DNA of 37,941 nt from Saprospiraceae bacterium (GTDB lineage: Bacteria > Bacteroidota > Bacteroidia > Chitinophagales > Saprospiraceae). The stretch spans positions 1 through 37,941 of the forward strand of contig JABWAJ010000001.1 of assembly GCA_013361075.1 (NCBI GenBank), given 5' to 3'. Under the pieces are notes generated by a model. That model was not told the origin of the DNA, did not search any database, and saw only the letters and a program-made list of their open reading frames with translations. The position numbers were made by a program, and so were the translations under genes. How positions within the stretch are numbered: position 1 is the stretch's first letter; every line of letters starts with the position of its first letter. Positions 15,839 through 23,458 of the stretch are shown one piece after another.

Positions 15839-18800
15839 ATGCCGGAAATTAAACTCAGGGAAATTGTATCCTTTGCGAACCAGGAGGAATTTCATGACCT
15901 GTTACTTGACCGCCTGCACGGGGCCATCCACCGGGTGCTCGACATTGATGAAGGCGACTACACCATGTTCATGGTAACGATTCCAAGGGGGCAGGACGTA
16001 GAAATCAACCCCTATTTGCAACAGGAACAGCTCATCTATGGGGGCGTGGACGCCCAGCGGCGACTGCTCGAAGCCGGCGTTGTCCTCAAAAACACGGCAG
16101 CCAGCTGGGATTACCTCAAATACGAAGAGTTCTACACCGAAGAGACTTACCTGACCCGCAATACATTCAATGAATTGGAAGCGGGGCAATATTCCATTGA
16201 AGACATTCCCGTGAAGTTTTCCGGCGACTTGTACGATTATTTTGCCGACCAGCGGGCTTCCCCGCCCGAAAACCCTCAGGCACCTGCCAACCTGAAAGAA
16301 GCGGAATACTGGATTCTGCGCGAACACTTTGATTTTAAGACGCGTTTGTCGGATAAATTCCTGTCGCTACCCCTGATTCAGTACCTCGAATTCGACGGGG
16401 TATTGCACTTTATTTACAAAAGAAAACATTCCAGAAAAGTCTTCCCGCAAGGGCTGAAAGACATTTCTGTGGTAAAAAAGCTGATCCGGGAATTCAACAA
16501 CCTCTACGACGAAATTATCCTCGATTGGGACATTGAATCCGGCAACTTCCAGAAGCGCGAAATTGTGGATAACATCCTGCTGTACAGCAATGACCCCGCC
16601 TTTCAGGAACGCAAAAACAGAAACCCGATCCTCCGCGAATTGCGCTACCTCGAATACTACCAGAACCACTTCCACTACTACAAACGCCGCGTAGAATATG
16701 GCCGGCAGGTGCCCGCTCTTTTCTATGAGCGCTATCTGCTGCAGGCCATCGTTCACATCCTCATTGACTCGTATGCACATAACGTGAGCGCGCATAGCTT
16801 AGTGGCACTCAATTGGTATTTCCAGTTGCGCTCCGAATATTACGGTCACGATGTGCACCAGCGCGATGCCATCTGGAGCGCCTACAAGTCGAAGTTATTG
16901 TCGGCAGTAGATACTGGTACTGGCTGGCGGCGCGATATGGCTGACTGGATCGAAGACCAGATTTTTGAAAACAGGGTAAGTGATGATGAGAACCTGCACG
17001 ATGTGGTGAGCCAACACCCGCTGGTACAGTACTCAGGGCGGTTGGACAAAGAAATCCATGTGTTGCTGAAGTTTATGCTCGAAAAGGGCGCTTTCTGGAG
17101 TGGGGTTACCCGTGACATCCATTTCGGCGGCAAAATCATTGGCCTGTACAGCCTGCTTTGGAACGATTTCATCAACAATCCACTCTACCTCGGCACCATT
17201 GCCCGCTCAGAAGGCATCGAACGCATCAACCTGAAAATTACCATTTTTGCCCCGGAAGGCCCAACTTCCTACACGCATGGCGCTTACCGCAATCCGAAGC
17301 ACGTTCAGGTGGAAGGCATTCTGGCCACGGTGGATCTGCGCCGCATCCGCAGCAAAGACGCTTCGGTAAACGGCAACGGAGAAGCAGAATACCTGACCAT
17401 GCCCGATGGAGAAAAATTGTTTTACGAAGACCACCCTTCGCTGAAAAACCGGAGCGTTTTTGTAGAACCGGGCCCCAACTACACCGCATTGAAAAAAGCG
17501 CTCAAAGCAGTGCGCATCTTTTTCCCGGGCGACCTCGTCGGCAAACACGCTTTCCTCACCATCCTGGAAAATGAGATTCGAAACGTCAAGCATTACAAGG
17601 GAGAGGCTTTGCGCCAAATGCACACAGAAGGACTGACGCTGAATATTTCTATTCAGGAAGCTTCGGTAAAGCCAGGTGCCCCAATCCATGAATTGTACAA
17701 AACCGGCATCTGGCTGGAAGCACCAACCGCGTTGAAAAAAGGACGCGACAGCGAAATGCCGCCCCTGATTACCCGAAAATTCAATGCCCTGCGCGGTGAT
17801 GTCATGAACTCAACGGAAGGTGAATTTTTGCCGCGACTCGGGGGCAACTACCAGGATAAAATCTGCGCCGCCATGTTGTTCAACAACCGGTTTGCCAGTG
17901 TGCAAAAAGGAGATACGGGTACCAGCCGAAGCAAAAATGAAGATACTGACCGCGACCGCGCGTATTACCCGTGGCTTATTCCGGCCAGTTGCCCGTTGCC
18001 TGACTACAGCGGCGTACACGACGATATGGAATTGAGCCTGCGGGAAGCGCGCAGAATTTACGGGTATTTCGACCGCCGCAAAGCTGCGGAAATCGAACCT
18101 ATGGCCAAAGCTTACCTTGAGGCATTTGAAGAAGCATATACCCAGGAAGTCGGCTACATCAAAAAATACTTTTACGTCTGGAAAGGAGAAAACCTTCACC
18201 GGCACCGGGAAACAACCGACCTGACCTGGGAAAACATCGGACGTTTTCGCTTTGTCTGCGTACCCGACAAATCGCCTAAAGCATTTGAAAGCGTTCGGCG
18301 GCAAGGTGTGGTCCGTATTCTGGAATCGAACGAAATCCGCCCGGAAGACAGCCTTACCCAAACCTACCACCGCTGGCTAAAAAAGTGGCTGGGCACTGAA
18401 AAACAGGTATTGCTGCTTCAAAAAGACAACAACATTGACGATGGTATGTTTGTCTTTAATCCATCCCCGGCAGAGGTGCTGCACTACTACAACATGCAGG
18501 AAACCATGGAATACCTGCAGGGCAACGGCCAGCCGGTGAAAACGACCCACCTGCGCTATGCCCACCGCGTGGATTCCGACACCGACCAGGAACGCATCAG
18601 CTACCGCAGCAATGGCATCCTGAAAACGTATTTTGTAGACCCCGCCTACCGCGCCGAAAAGGGGATTTCGCTGGGGCATATCCCCGCTGAACGCCAGGCA
18701 GAATTGTTCGAAACGCTGACGACCAAAGTATGCATGTTCGACAACCGCATCTGGCACCGCATCAAAGACCTGGGCCGTACCGATATTTACCGCGACATGA

Positions 18801-19255
18801 TGCACTTAGTTGTGCACAAAGAAGAAACACCGGGGCAGGCCGGCATGGAAGGCTTCCAGAACCTCTGGGAATACGAAAAGCAACACGCCATCAAGGAATG
18901 CCATTTTCTGGTGCTGCACCTGTCTTACATCGAACGTATCCTGGAAGAAAAATACGCTGGCCACCCCGCTTACACCGAAGGCGGCAACATTCAGCTTTTC
19001 CTTGAGCAGGAACTGCTGCCGGTGCTCACCGATCCGGAAACGGGCAAAATCCGCGACAATTTCATCCTCGTCATCACCACAGGCCGCGGCCGCATCAGCT
19101 GGTGGAAAGAAATTGAGCAGAAATACCCGCACTATACGTCGTTCATCATGTTCCGGACAGTGGAATCGCTGATTTCGAGTATTGAAAATGCAGTGGGGAT
19201 GAAGGATGATATTGAGTTGAAGTTTCGGTTGGTGAAGGTGTTGTTTGGGGCGTAG
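15839..19255 (+). CDS. 1138-aa uncharacterised protein with histidine-kinase/GHKL ATPase-like boxes and a receiver-like (pseudo-receiver) C-terminal domain
   Basis: Long uninterrupted ORF with native-looking codon usage. N-box-like ILENEIRNVKHY (aa 575-586, nt 17561-17596). F-box-like ITRKFNALRGD. G2-like RLGGNYQDKICAAML (aa 666-680, nt 17834-17878). Possible H-box DSYAHNVSAHSL (aa 310-321, nt 16766-16801). C-terminal alpha/beta pattern KVCMFDN (aa 963-969), FLVLHLS (His1027), ILVITTGRGR (aa 1076-1085). No Walker A and no recognisable nuclease motifs. Confidence 0.55.
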   Translation: MPEIKLREIVSFANQEEFHDLLLDRLHGAIHRVLDIDEGDYTMFMVTIPRGQDVEINPYLQQEQLIYGGVDAQRRLLEAGVVLKNTAASWDYLKYEEFYTEETYLTRNTFNELEAGQYSIEDIPVKFSGDLYDYFADQRASPPENPQAPANLKEAEYWILREHFDFKTRLSDKFLSLPLIQYLEFDGVLHFIYKRKHSRKVFPQGLKDISVVKKLIREFNNLYDEIILDWDIESGNFQKREIVDNILLYSNDPAFQERKNRNPILRELRYLEYYQNHFHYYKRRVEYGRQVPALFYERYLLQAIVHILIDSYAHNVSAHSLVALNWYFQLRSEYYGHDVHQRDAIWSAYKSKLLSAVDTGTGWRRDMADWIEDQIFENRVSDDENLHDVVSQHPLVQYSGRLDKEIHVLLKFMLEKGAFWSGVTRDIHFGGKIIGLYSLLWNDFINNPLYLGTIARSEGIERINLKITIFAPEGPTSYTHGAYRNPKHVQVEGILATVDLRRIRSKDASVNGNGEAEYLTMPDGEKLFYEDHPSLKNRSVFVEPGPNYTALKKALKAVRIFFPGDLVGKHAFLTILENEIRNVKHYKGEALRQMHTEGLTLNISIQEASVKPGAPIHELYKTGIWLEAPTALKKGRDSEMPPLITRKFNALRGDVMNSTEGEFLPRLGGNYQDKICAAMLFNNRFASVQKGDTGTSRSKNEDTDRDRAYYPWLIPASCPLPDYSGVHDDMELSLREARRIYGYFDRRKAAEIEPMAKAYLEAFEEAYTQEVGYIKKYFYVWKGENLHRHRETTDLTWENIGRFRFVCVPDKSPKAFESVRRQGVVRILESNEIRPEDSLTQTYHRWLKKWLGTEKQVLLLQKDNNIDDGMFVFNPSPAEVLHYYNMQETMEYLQGNGQPVKTTHLRYAHRVDSDTDQERISYRSNGILKTYFVDPAYRAEKGISLGHIPAERQAELFETLTTKVCMFDNRIWHRIKDLGRTDIYRDMMHLVVHKEETPGQAGMEGFQNLWEYEKQHAIKECHFLVLHLSYIERILEEKYAGHPAYTEGGNIQLFLEQELLPVLTDPETGKIRDNFILVITTGRGRISWWKEIEQKYPHYTSFIMFRTVESLISSIENAVGMKDDIELKFRLVKVLFGA

Positions 19256-19258
19256 TGT

Positions 19259-19275
19259 AAGGGTGGAACCCTTTT
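19259..19275 (+). terminator. weak terminator-like hairpin right after the 1138-aa gene
   Basis: AAGGGT-GGA-ACCCTT (6-bp stem, 3-nt loop), with only a short T run after it. Confidence 0.25.
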
Positions 19276-19312
19276 AATAGTAGACGCGAGGCCGGAGCCT
19301 CGGCGCCAGCGG
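19276..19312 (+). repeat. REP-like intergenic element, copy A
   Basis: AATAGTAGACGCGAGGCCGGAGCCTCGGCGCCAGCGG aligns with copies at 20365-20400 and 21647-21683. Core hairpin GAGGC-CGGA-GCCTC. Confidence 0.65.
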
Positions 19313-19361
19313 ACCTTTACGCGAGTGAGTTTTATCGCTTAATTCAGGTAAATCTTACAAA

Positions 19362-20168
19362 ATGGACAAAGAGCAATTGTTCGGCGATGCTTATCAGCCG
19401 GCAGAGATCGCGAAGCGGGTGCAAAACATGGGGGTAGCCAAAGCCCGGGCCGACGCGTTAACCCTATTGGTACTGGCCGTGCTGGCAGGTGCTTTCATTT
19501 CACTGGGCGCTCTTTTCTACACCTTTGTGGTCACCAACAGCAGCCTGGGATTCGGGTTGACGCGGTTGGCAGGCGGCCTGGCATTTTGCCTGGGATTGAT
19601 TCTGGTCGTGATTGGCGGCGCTAAGTTATTTACAGGCAATAACCTTCTTGCCATGGCCTGGGCAGGCAAACTCATTTCTACAAAAGACGTGCTGCGCAAC
19701 TGGAGCCTGGTCTATTTTGGAAATGTCGCGGGTTGCCTCGGTACGGTGGCGCTGGTTTTGTGGGCTGACATAGGCAGCATGGCCGGTGGTGCTGTTGGGG
19801 AAACCCTGCTGCAAATTGCGCAGACCAAAGCAGGGCTTTCCTTCGAAGCAGCCTTTACCAGGGGGATTTTGTGCAATACGCTGGTATGTCTGGCCGTCTG
19901 GCTTGCCATGGGAGGACACAGCGTAACCGATAAAATTCTTGCCATCCTTTTTCCGATTACCGGCTTCGTCACCATGGGGTTTGAACACTCCATTGCCAAC
20001 TGGTTTTTTCTGCCCATCGGGTTAGCCATGCAAACGCCTGATGCCACGATGCTGCCCGGCCTGGTCAACAACCTTATTGCCGTGAGTCTGGGCAATATTG
20101 TGGGGGGCACTTTATTGGTAGCAGGGGTGTATTGGGCTGCTTACCTCAGGGGAGGCATGCCGGAGTAA
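19362..20168 (+). CDS. formate/nitrite transporter (FNT) family channel
   Basis: 268 aa, 6 TM. LILVVIGGAKLFTGNN and GFEHSIANWFF signatures of the FocA/NirC family. Confidence 0.85.
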   Translation: MDKEQLFGDAYQPAEIAKRVQNMGVAKARADALTLLVLAVLAGAFISLGALFYTFVVTNSSLGFGLTRLAGGLAFCLGLILVVIGGAKLFTGNNLLAMAWAGKLISTKDVLRNWSLVYFGNVAGCLGTVALVLWADIGSMAGGAVGETLLQIAQTKAGLSFEAAFTRGILCNTLVCLAVWLAMGGHSVTDKILAILFPITGFVTMGFEHSIANWFFLPIGLAMQTPDATMLPGLVNNLIAVSLGNIVGGTLLVAGVYWAAYLRGGMPE

Positions 20169-20364
20169 ATATACTGCAATACAGCGATCGCGCCAACCAG
20201 TTGATTGTGGTGGTGGATGACCTTGAAAAAGGAATGGCGATAAACGCCGGGCAGTTATCCATCGTTTCGGATACAACCTCATTGACAAGGTAGTGAATGC
20301 CGAAGTCTGCATCCTGGCGATTATACATGGGAGTAGAAATCCTCAGAGTTGGCGGGATAGATAA

Positions 20365-20400
20365 AATAATGGGCACGAGGCGGAGCTTCGGCCAACGGGG
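20365..20400 (+). repeat. REP-like intergenic element, copy B
   Basis: AATAATGGGCACGAGGCGGAGCTTCGGCCAACGGGG, in the same orientation as copies A and C. Confidence 0.65.
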
Positions 20401-20448
20401 AATACTTGTGGAGCCTGATCCCAACCCCGGCACAAAAACAGCAATGCC

Positions 20449-20913
20449 ATGATTCAAACCATCAGAACCGATTCCAGTCACCCGGATTTTGTCGGGCTTG
20501 TAAAATATTTAGACGCGGATTTAGCCGAACGGGACGGGGCCGACAATGCTTTTTATGCGCAGTTTAATAAAATTGACAACATTAAATACGCCGTTGTTGC
20601 ATACGAAGACGGTCAGCCCGTGGGTTGTGGTGCCATTAAGGAATACGCCCCCAATGCAATGGAAGTCAAGCGCATGTACACCCTGCCAGCCGTCAGGGGC
20701 AAAGGAGTTGCCACCCGGATCCTGACGGAACTGGAAACCTGGGCGGCGGAATTATCTGCTGAAAAATGCGTACTCGAAACCGGCAAAAAACAGCCGGAAG
20801 CCATCGAACTCTACAAAAAGAACGGATACCGGATCATTCCAAACTATGGCCAGTACATCGGCATTGACAACAGTGTTTGCTTTGAAAAAGTAGTCTCCGG
20901 CCATACAGGATGA
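20449..20913 (+). CDS. GNAT family N-acetyltransferase
   Basis: 154 aa. Acetyl-CoA binding motif A LPAVRGKGVATRILTELETWA. The C-terminal YKKNGY motif is typical of GNATs. Confidence 0.8.
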   Translation: MIQTIRTDSSHPDFVGLVKYLDADLAERDGADNAFYAQFNKIDNIKYAVVAYEDGQPVGCGAIKEYAPNAMEVKRMYTLPAVRGKGVATRILTELETWAAELSAEKCVLETGKKQPEAIELYKKNGYRIIPNYGQYIGIDNSVCFEKVVSGHTG

Positions 20914-20973
20914 GGGACACAATACAGCGACCATCCGTGCGTTTTGCTTTTCAATTCAAAGAAAACACCCACC

Positions 20974-21636
20974 ATGATCGAAAAACTAAAAGCCTCGGGC
21001 CGATTGGAGATCACCCTGCTACTGATTGTCATGTCTCTGTTCTGTTTCGGGATTTCCATGACCCGCTACGTCCTTACCGACACCCGGGTTTTTCTATTTT
21101 TAAACTGGAACCTTTTTCTGGCTTTTATCCCCTGGGTGATCAGTTCCGCCATTCTCATACGGGGGTTGAACCACAAAGCCATCCTGGCGCTGCTCATCGC
21201 TGCCTGGCTGCTGTTTTTTCCGAATTCGCCGTACATTCTGACCGATTTATTCCACCTGAGGGCGCGCAATTCTGCCCCCATCTGGTTTGACCTGGTGGTG
21301 ATCCTGTCGTTTGCGTGGACGGGCCTGGTATACGGTTTCGTCAGCCTGATGGACATCGAAAAATTACTCAAAAAGTACATCAGCAGCCGCCTGATTACCA
21401 CCCTGACGATTTTGTTCCTGTTTTTGGCCAGTTTTGGCATTTATTTAGGCCGCTACCTGCGCTGGAACAGCTGGGACATCCTCAATAATCCGTTCGGATT
21501 GTTCAACGACATCTTCGACCGTGTCGTCAATCCCTTTGATCACCCGGCTACCTGGGGAATGACGATTTTGATGGGCGTACTGCTGAACATGATGTATTTT
21601 TCGATTAAGGTAATTCGGGGTAGTGGGGGTGGATGA
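20974..21636 (+). CDS. DUF1361 family integral membrane protein
   Basis: Track ORF 20944..21636 (TTG); ATG 20974 is more likely. WNLFLAFIPW and FFPNSPYILTDLFHL motifs, plus multiple TM helices. Confidence 0.7.
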   Translation: MIEKLKASGRLEITLLLIVMSLFCFGISMTRYVLTDTRVFLFLNWNLFLAFIPWVISSAILIRGLNHKAILALLIAAWLLFFPNSPYILTDLFHLRARNSAPIWFDLVVILSFAWTGLVYGFVSLMDIEKLLKKYISSRLITTLTILFLFLASFGIYLGRYLRWNSWDILNNPFGLFNDIFDRVVNPFDHPATWGMTILMGVLLNMMYFSIKVIRGSGGG

Positions 21637-21646
21637 ATGCAGGGTG

Positions 21647-21683
21647 AATAATGGTCATAAGGCGAAGCCTCGGCGCTACCAGG
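21647..21683 (+). repeat. REP-like intergenic element, copy C (at the left edge of the low-GC islet)
   Basis: AATAATGGTCATAAGGCGAAGCCTCGGCGCTACCAGG. Confidence 0.65.
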
Positions 21684-21719
21684 CATGGAAAAGATTATAG
21701 GGTATTAGATGAATATCAC

Positions 21720-21727
21720 TATTTTTG
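21720..21727 (+). promoter_or_regulatory. candidate -7 box (TAttTTTG) for the Mrr-like gene
   Basis: Exact TAnnTTTG match 44 nt upstream of ATG 21771, in AT-rich DNA. No -33 TTG seen. Confidence 0.35.
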
Positions 21728-21770
21728 ATTTTACAATCTTTTTAATAAATTTAAAATATTATAACCAATT

Positions 21771-22688
21771 ATGGGTAAAAAGAAAAATGGAAAAACAGAA
21801 TTTGTAAAGTGGTTTGGACCTGTTCTTGATGCATTGAGAGACTTAGGAGGTTCAGCTAAGCCGAGGGAAATTACTCAACGAATAGGTCTTCATTTAAATA
21901 TCCCAGATGAAATTTTGAATGAGCGGTATGAGAAATCAGGAGTTCTAAAATTTCAAAACCAAGTGGCCTGGGCAAGACAATATTTAGTTTGGGAGGAATT
22001 ACTTGAATCTTCAAAGCATGGTATTTGGACATTAACAAATAAAGGCTGGCAGACCAACCTTAGTGAAAACCAGGCACATGAAATTTTTATAAAATGGGTG
22101 AAAATTTTTCAAGAATTAAGAGAAAAAAAGAATATTGGGAGTGTTGAAACGGAAGCCCAAAAAATTATTCAGACACAAGAACAAACAGAACCTGAAAATA
22201 CACAGGTAAGTATTAGACCTACTTTAATTGACGTTTTACAGACAGTATCAGCAACAGGCTTTGAATATTTATGTGGTAGGCTTTTGAGAGAGTATGATTT
22301 TGAGAATGTTGAAATAACACAGCGCTCACATGACGGAGGGATTGATGGATATGCAACACTTAAAATAAATCCATTTGTAAGTCTTAGCGTTTTTTTTCAA
22401 TGTAAACGTTATAAAGGAACAGTTCCGACAGAAAAAGTTCAAGCTTTTATTGGTGTTATGGAGACGAATAAACGAAGCGTTGAAAAAGGGCTTTTGATAA
22501 CTACAGGCACATTTGCGAAAGCTGCTTATGAAATAGAAAAGTCGAACATAAAATTGGAACTAATTGATGGAGAAAAGCTTGTTGAAATGTTCGAAAAAGT
22601 TGAACTCGGCGTGAATCCCAAAGTAATTTATGAACCAGATTTAACCTTTTTTGAACAATACCGAGATAAATCAAAGAAAGAGGGCTAA
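21771..22688 (+). CDS. mrr: Mrr-type restriction endonuclease (Mrr_N winged-helix + Mrr_cat PD-(D/E)xK domain)
   Basis: 305 aa. N-terminal FVKWFGPVLDALRDLGGSAKPREITQRIG...FQNQVAWARQYLVWEELLESSKHGIWTLTNKG (Mrr_N). C-terminal FEYLCGRLLREYDFENVEITQRSHDGGIDGYA...FFQCKRYKGTVPTEKVQAFIG...GLLITTGTFAKAA (D...D-x-x-QCK core). Markedly lower GC than its neighbours. Confidence 0.85.
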   Translation: MGKKKNGKTEFVKWFGPVLDALRDLGGSAKPREITQRIGLHLNIPDEILNERYEKSGVLKFQNQVAWARQYLVWEELLESSKHGIWTLTNKGWQTNLSENQAHEIFIKWVKIFQELREKKNIGSVETEAQKIIQTQEQTEPENTQVSIRPTLIDVLQTVSATGFEYLCGRLLREYDFENVEITQRSHDGGIDGYATLKINPFVSLSVFFQCKRYKGTVPTEKVQAFIGVMETNKRSVEKGLLITTGTFAKAAYEIEKSNIKLELIDGEKLVEMFEKVELGVNPKVIYEPDLTFFEQYRDKSKKEG

Positions 22689-22697
22689 GATTTGGAG

Positions 22698-23183
22698 TTA
22701 TTCTCCTGCCAAAAGAAGCACCTCCTTTCTCAAAGCCTCACTCATCCAAAACCCTGCAAGTTTTTCAAGGTCGGTAAGAATGGAAGCAATTTCAGGAATC
22801 AATCCTTCTGATTTCGTTTTTAACAAAACTCCAAGCACCCCAATTGTCTTGAGTCCCATAGAATTCGCGATTTTCCAACCACGCCGTTCGTCAATGAGAA
22901 TAAAGTCGGCTTTCATTTCCATTGCCAACACGATGGCTTCACTTTCTCCCGGATCCAGTTGTTGAGATAACTCAGATACGGCAATTATATCTTCAGCAGA
23001 TTTTACTGTTATCCAAGCCTGATTGTTAATTGGTGAAATATCATAACCAAATTCGGCGAGTTTCGATAGTTCGTTAAGAACAGCGCCTGGCAAAATAATG
23101 TTACCAAAGAGTTTTTGCAGCAAATCTAATTTGCCAATAACGAACAAACTGGAAACGGGGGAAGCATCACTTACAACAACCAT
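22698..23183 (-). CDS. DUF3368 (PIN-like) toxin component of a type II TA pair
   Basis: 161 aa. VVSDASPVSSLFVIGKLDLLQKLFGNIILPGAV..EL, LDPGESEAIVLAMEMKADFILIDERRGWKIANSMGLKTIGVLGVLLKTKSEGLI match the DUF3368 consensus. Starts immediately after the antitoxin stop. Confidence 0.8.
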   Translation of the reverse strand: MVVVSDASPVSSLFVIGKLDLLQKLFGNIILPGAVLNELSKLAEFGYDISPINNQAWITVKSAEDIIAVSELSQQLDPGESEAIVLAMEMKADFILIDERRGWKIANSMGLKTIGVLGVLLKTKSEGLIPEIASILTDLEKLAGFWMSEALRKEVLLLAGE

Positions 23184-23423
23184 CTATGAAGCAAGATTTA
23201 AATGCTTAACATCCTCTCGCAGCTCCTCCACTCCATAATGAACAGCAATCTTCCGTTTGCCAAGCTCTTTTTGAAAAATCAATTGCGGAACCCCGGCCAA
23301 AGCAGCGGCTTGTCCGAGTGTCAATACCTCTTCTTTGAATAAGGCAATGGCAATCAGCATTTTGATTTCCTGCTCTGTCGTTTGTGCTTTCAGCAGGGTA
23401 GAATCATCGAGTTCAATTGTCAT
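23184..23423 (-). CDS. UPF0175 family antitoxin
   Basis: 79 aa. ...IKMLIAIALFKEEVLTLGQAAALAGVPQLIFQKELGKRKIAVHYGVEEL..D is typical of UPF0175. It lies upstream of, and is translationally abutted to, the PIN-like gene. Confidence 0.8.
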   Translation of the reverse strand: MTIELDDSTLLKAQTTEQEIKMLIAIALFKEEVLTLGQAAALAGVPQLIFQKELGKRKIAVHYGVEELREDVKHLNLAS

Positions 23424-23458
23424 AGTACCTGAATTTCTTGCAATTTACACCATTTTAC

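Noticed and set aside
20146-20481. 111-aa minus-strand ORF spanning the FNT-GNAT spacer; its inner part (MYNRQDADFGIHYLVNEVVSETMDNCPAFIAIPF...) looks vaguely protein-like
   Set aside because: It overlaps both neighbouring genes and the REP-like copy B, and it has no recognisable motif. At most it is a decayed gene remnant in the 280-nt spacer, which is not enough to call.
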